From contig NMRA01000366.1 of the NCBI GenBank assembly GCA_002633005.1, positions 60,222 through 124,221 of the forward strand: a DNA stretch of 64,000 nucleotides, read 5' to 3'. Of this stretch, positions 62,356 to 64,000 are shown in pieces; within the stretch, counting starts at the first letter, position 1, and each line of letters opens with the position of its first letter. This stretch comes from Phoronis australis. Its lineage: Eukaryota > Animalia > Phoronida. The notes beneath the pieces are model-generated. The model saw only the letters and a list, made by a program, of their open reading frames with translations, searched no databases and was not told the origin of the DNA. The translations under genes and the position numbers were made by a program.

Positions 62356-64000
62356 TCATGATTGAAAAATCTGGAACTTGTAGTAACAATCTGCTGCTTG
62401 TTCTGTTTTTTCAAAGGCCGACTATCTTCTAACTAGCAGTTGTAACTTTACCAAGTTGTCCTACAAGACAGCTAGACTCTGTGTAAAACTTTTTTGGTCT
62501 TCCCGATTAAATGATTGGAGCATCTGTGTAATAGTTTTGTATCAATGAAACTTTTTGACTTTTGTCCGTACTATAGAGGATGCTTTGCATTTTGAAGGTA
62601 GGTCTCGCGTTCATTTGTATTGCTCTGCGTTTGCTTGACCCCTTGGTTTCTCCAGAAGTTTCTTTCACTTTGATGCATAACCATCCACATGCGTGTAAAA
62701 GTCGTGGGTGTTTTTGTGCTTTAATAATTCTTTACCGTGAAATTGTGGCGTTGGTTTTTGATGAGTCCTCCTCTGTTTACCTTCTGCTGGGTCTGTTTCA
62801 TGAAGTGATTAAGACTTATGTCAGAAATTTGGCATAACGCTCCACACAAGTATTTCTGAAAAATAATTATAAATCTCACTAGTAGCACAAATACACAGTC
62901 TCTGAGAATGTGCCTAGAACTTAGTTACTGAGATCATTTGTATCAATTATTTCTAGGTTGTGATGTACTAATAATTTATGTGACTGTCAAAAGTTTTAAT
63001 TAGTAATTGTGAAGCGGGAACGAATTTTTTTGTCATAAGTTTCAGTCACTTTCATGAAACACTGTGGCCCCTTAAGTTTTTGATTTGGTTGATGTGATAT
63101 ATTTGTGTCAATTCAAGGCAAAGTCGTCCTGTGAAAAGAGTTTGTGTCATATTTAAACTGGTGATGCGTATTAAGATTTTCCTTGGGTGTCATGTTCTCA
63201 CATTCAAATTTGTCTCGTAATGAGTTTGGTTCGCTTGTTTGCAACGAGTTTGAATTTACAGGAAATTTAGAATCATCTCTCAAGCAAGACATGACATTTT
63301 CAGTGTATGTTTGGTACAGGTGTACTCATTCCAATGCTTAATTTACATAAAAACCCTCTTGGCCTATTAAGGCATGGATTTTCAAACATTTTCATAATCA
63401 TGATTCTTGTACTTTCTTCCCAGTTTGCATTTTCTATTGTGAAGAATGCTTGATGGATGAAACGGAAATATTTTTCTATCTTGAGAGCCATTTTTCCTTT
63501 TTGGTAGGTCAGCTTTCAGCAACTATGTCATGCCTCTCCAAAGGCACACGCACCTTTCCCCCTCAGGTGAGGGAGGGCGATGAAGTCTTATAAGTCTCTT
63601 TTCATGAAACAGGTGGCCCCATTGACTCACCAGTCTTCAGTTACTTAATAAGCTCTAATGGTAGTGAAGGATGTTTATTACTTCATAGATTGTGTATCAG
63701 ACATCCCCCATTGTGTTTGACATTCAGGGTAGTCCCCAGCCAGTGCCTGACACTTTTGTTAACAGCCAGGTACTGTGTGGAACCGGTAATTACTGGGCAA
63801 GCTTGGTACCTAGTCACTTAGTCTGCTTTTCAGGCGAAACTACTTGTTATGTGGTCTTTATTTTTCCAACCAGATCTGGCTGCAGGGTTATTACTATGGT
63901 TTCTAAAATGTGTAAATTCATTTGAGAAAATGAGTCCATTACTCTCTTGTCTGCTTGCCCTTGAAGCAGCTATTCCCTGTATATTATGTGCGTGTTTTAC

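Overview
This is animal genomic DNA from an invertebrate bilaterian. The gene structure and repeat content suggest a lophotrochozoan, but that cannot be established from the sequence alone. Almost the whole window is the internal part of one intron-rich + strand gene, RIM (Rab3-interacting molecule; RIMS1/2, C. elegans unc-10), the presynaptic active-zone scaffold. About 20 GT-AG exons were reconstructed by hand with consistent intron phases from 8043 to 60916, roughly 1,550-1,600 codons. They encode the Munc13-binding zinc finger, a very long R/D/P/G-rich linker with coding tandem repeats, the PDZ domain, the C2A domain, the RQLPQVP RIM-BP-binding motif and the Ser-rich region before C2B. The N-terminal Rab3-binding exon and the C2B exons were not found in the window. 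The most notable structure is a pair of phase-locked, obligately mutually exclusive exons (24668-24774 and 25228-25448) just before the PDZ domain. There are also several frame-preserving microexon candidates and tandem splice sites. Introns hold decayed non-LTR retrotransposon ends, a tRNA-derived SINE, MITE/hairpin elements, Helentron-like repeats, mini- and microsatellites and a ~390-nt assembly gap. Most ORF-track entries are spurious intronic ORFs. No prokaryotic system, CRISPR array or RNA gene is supported.
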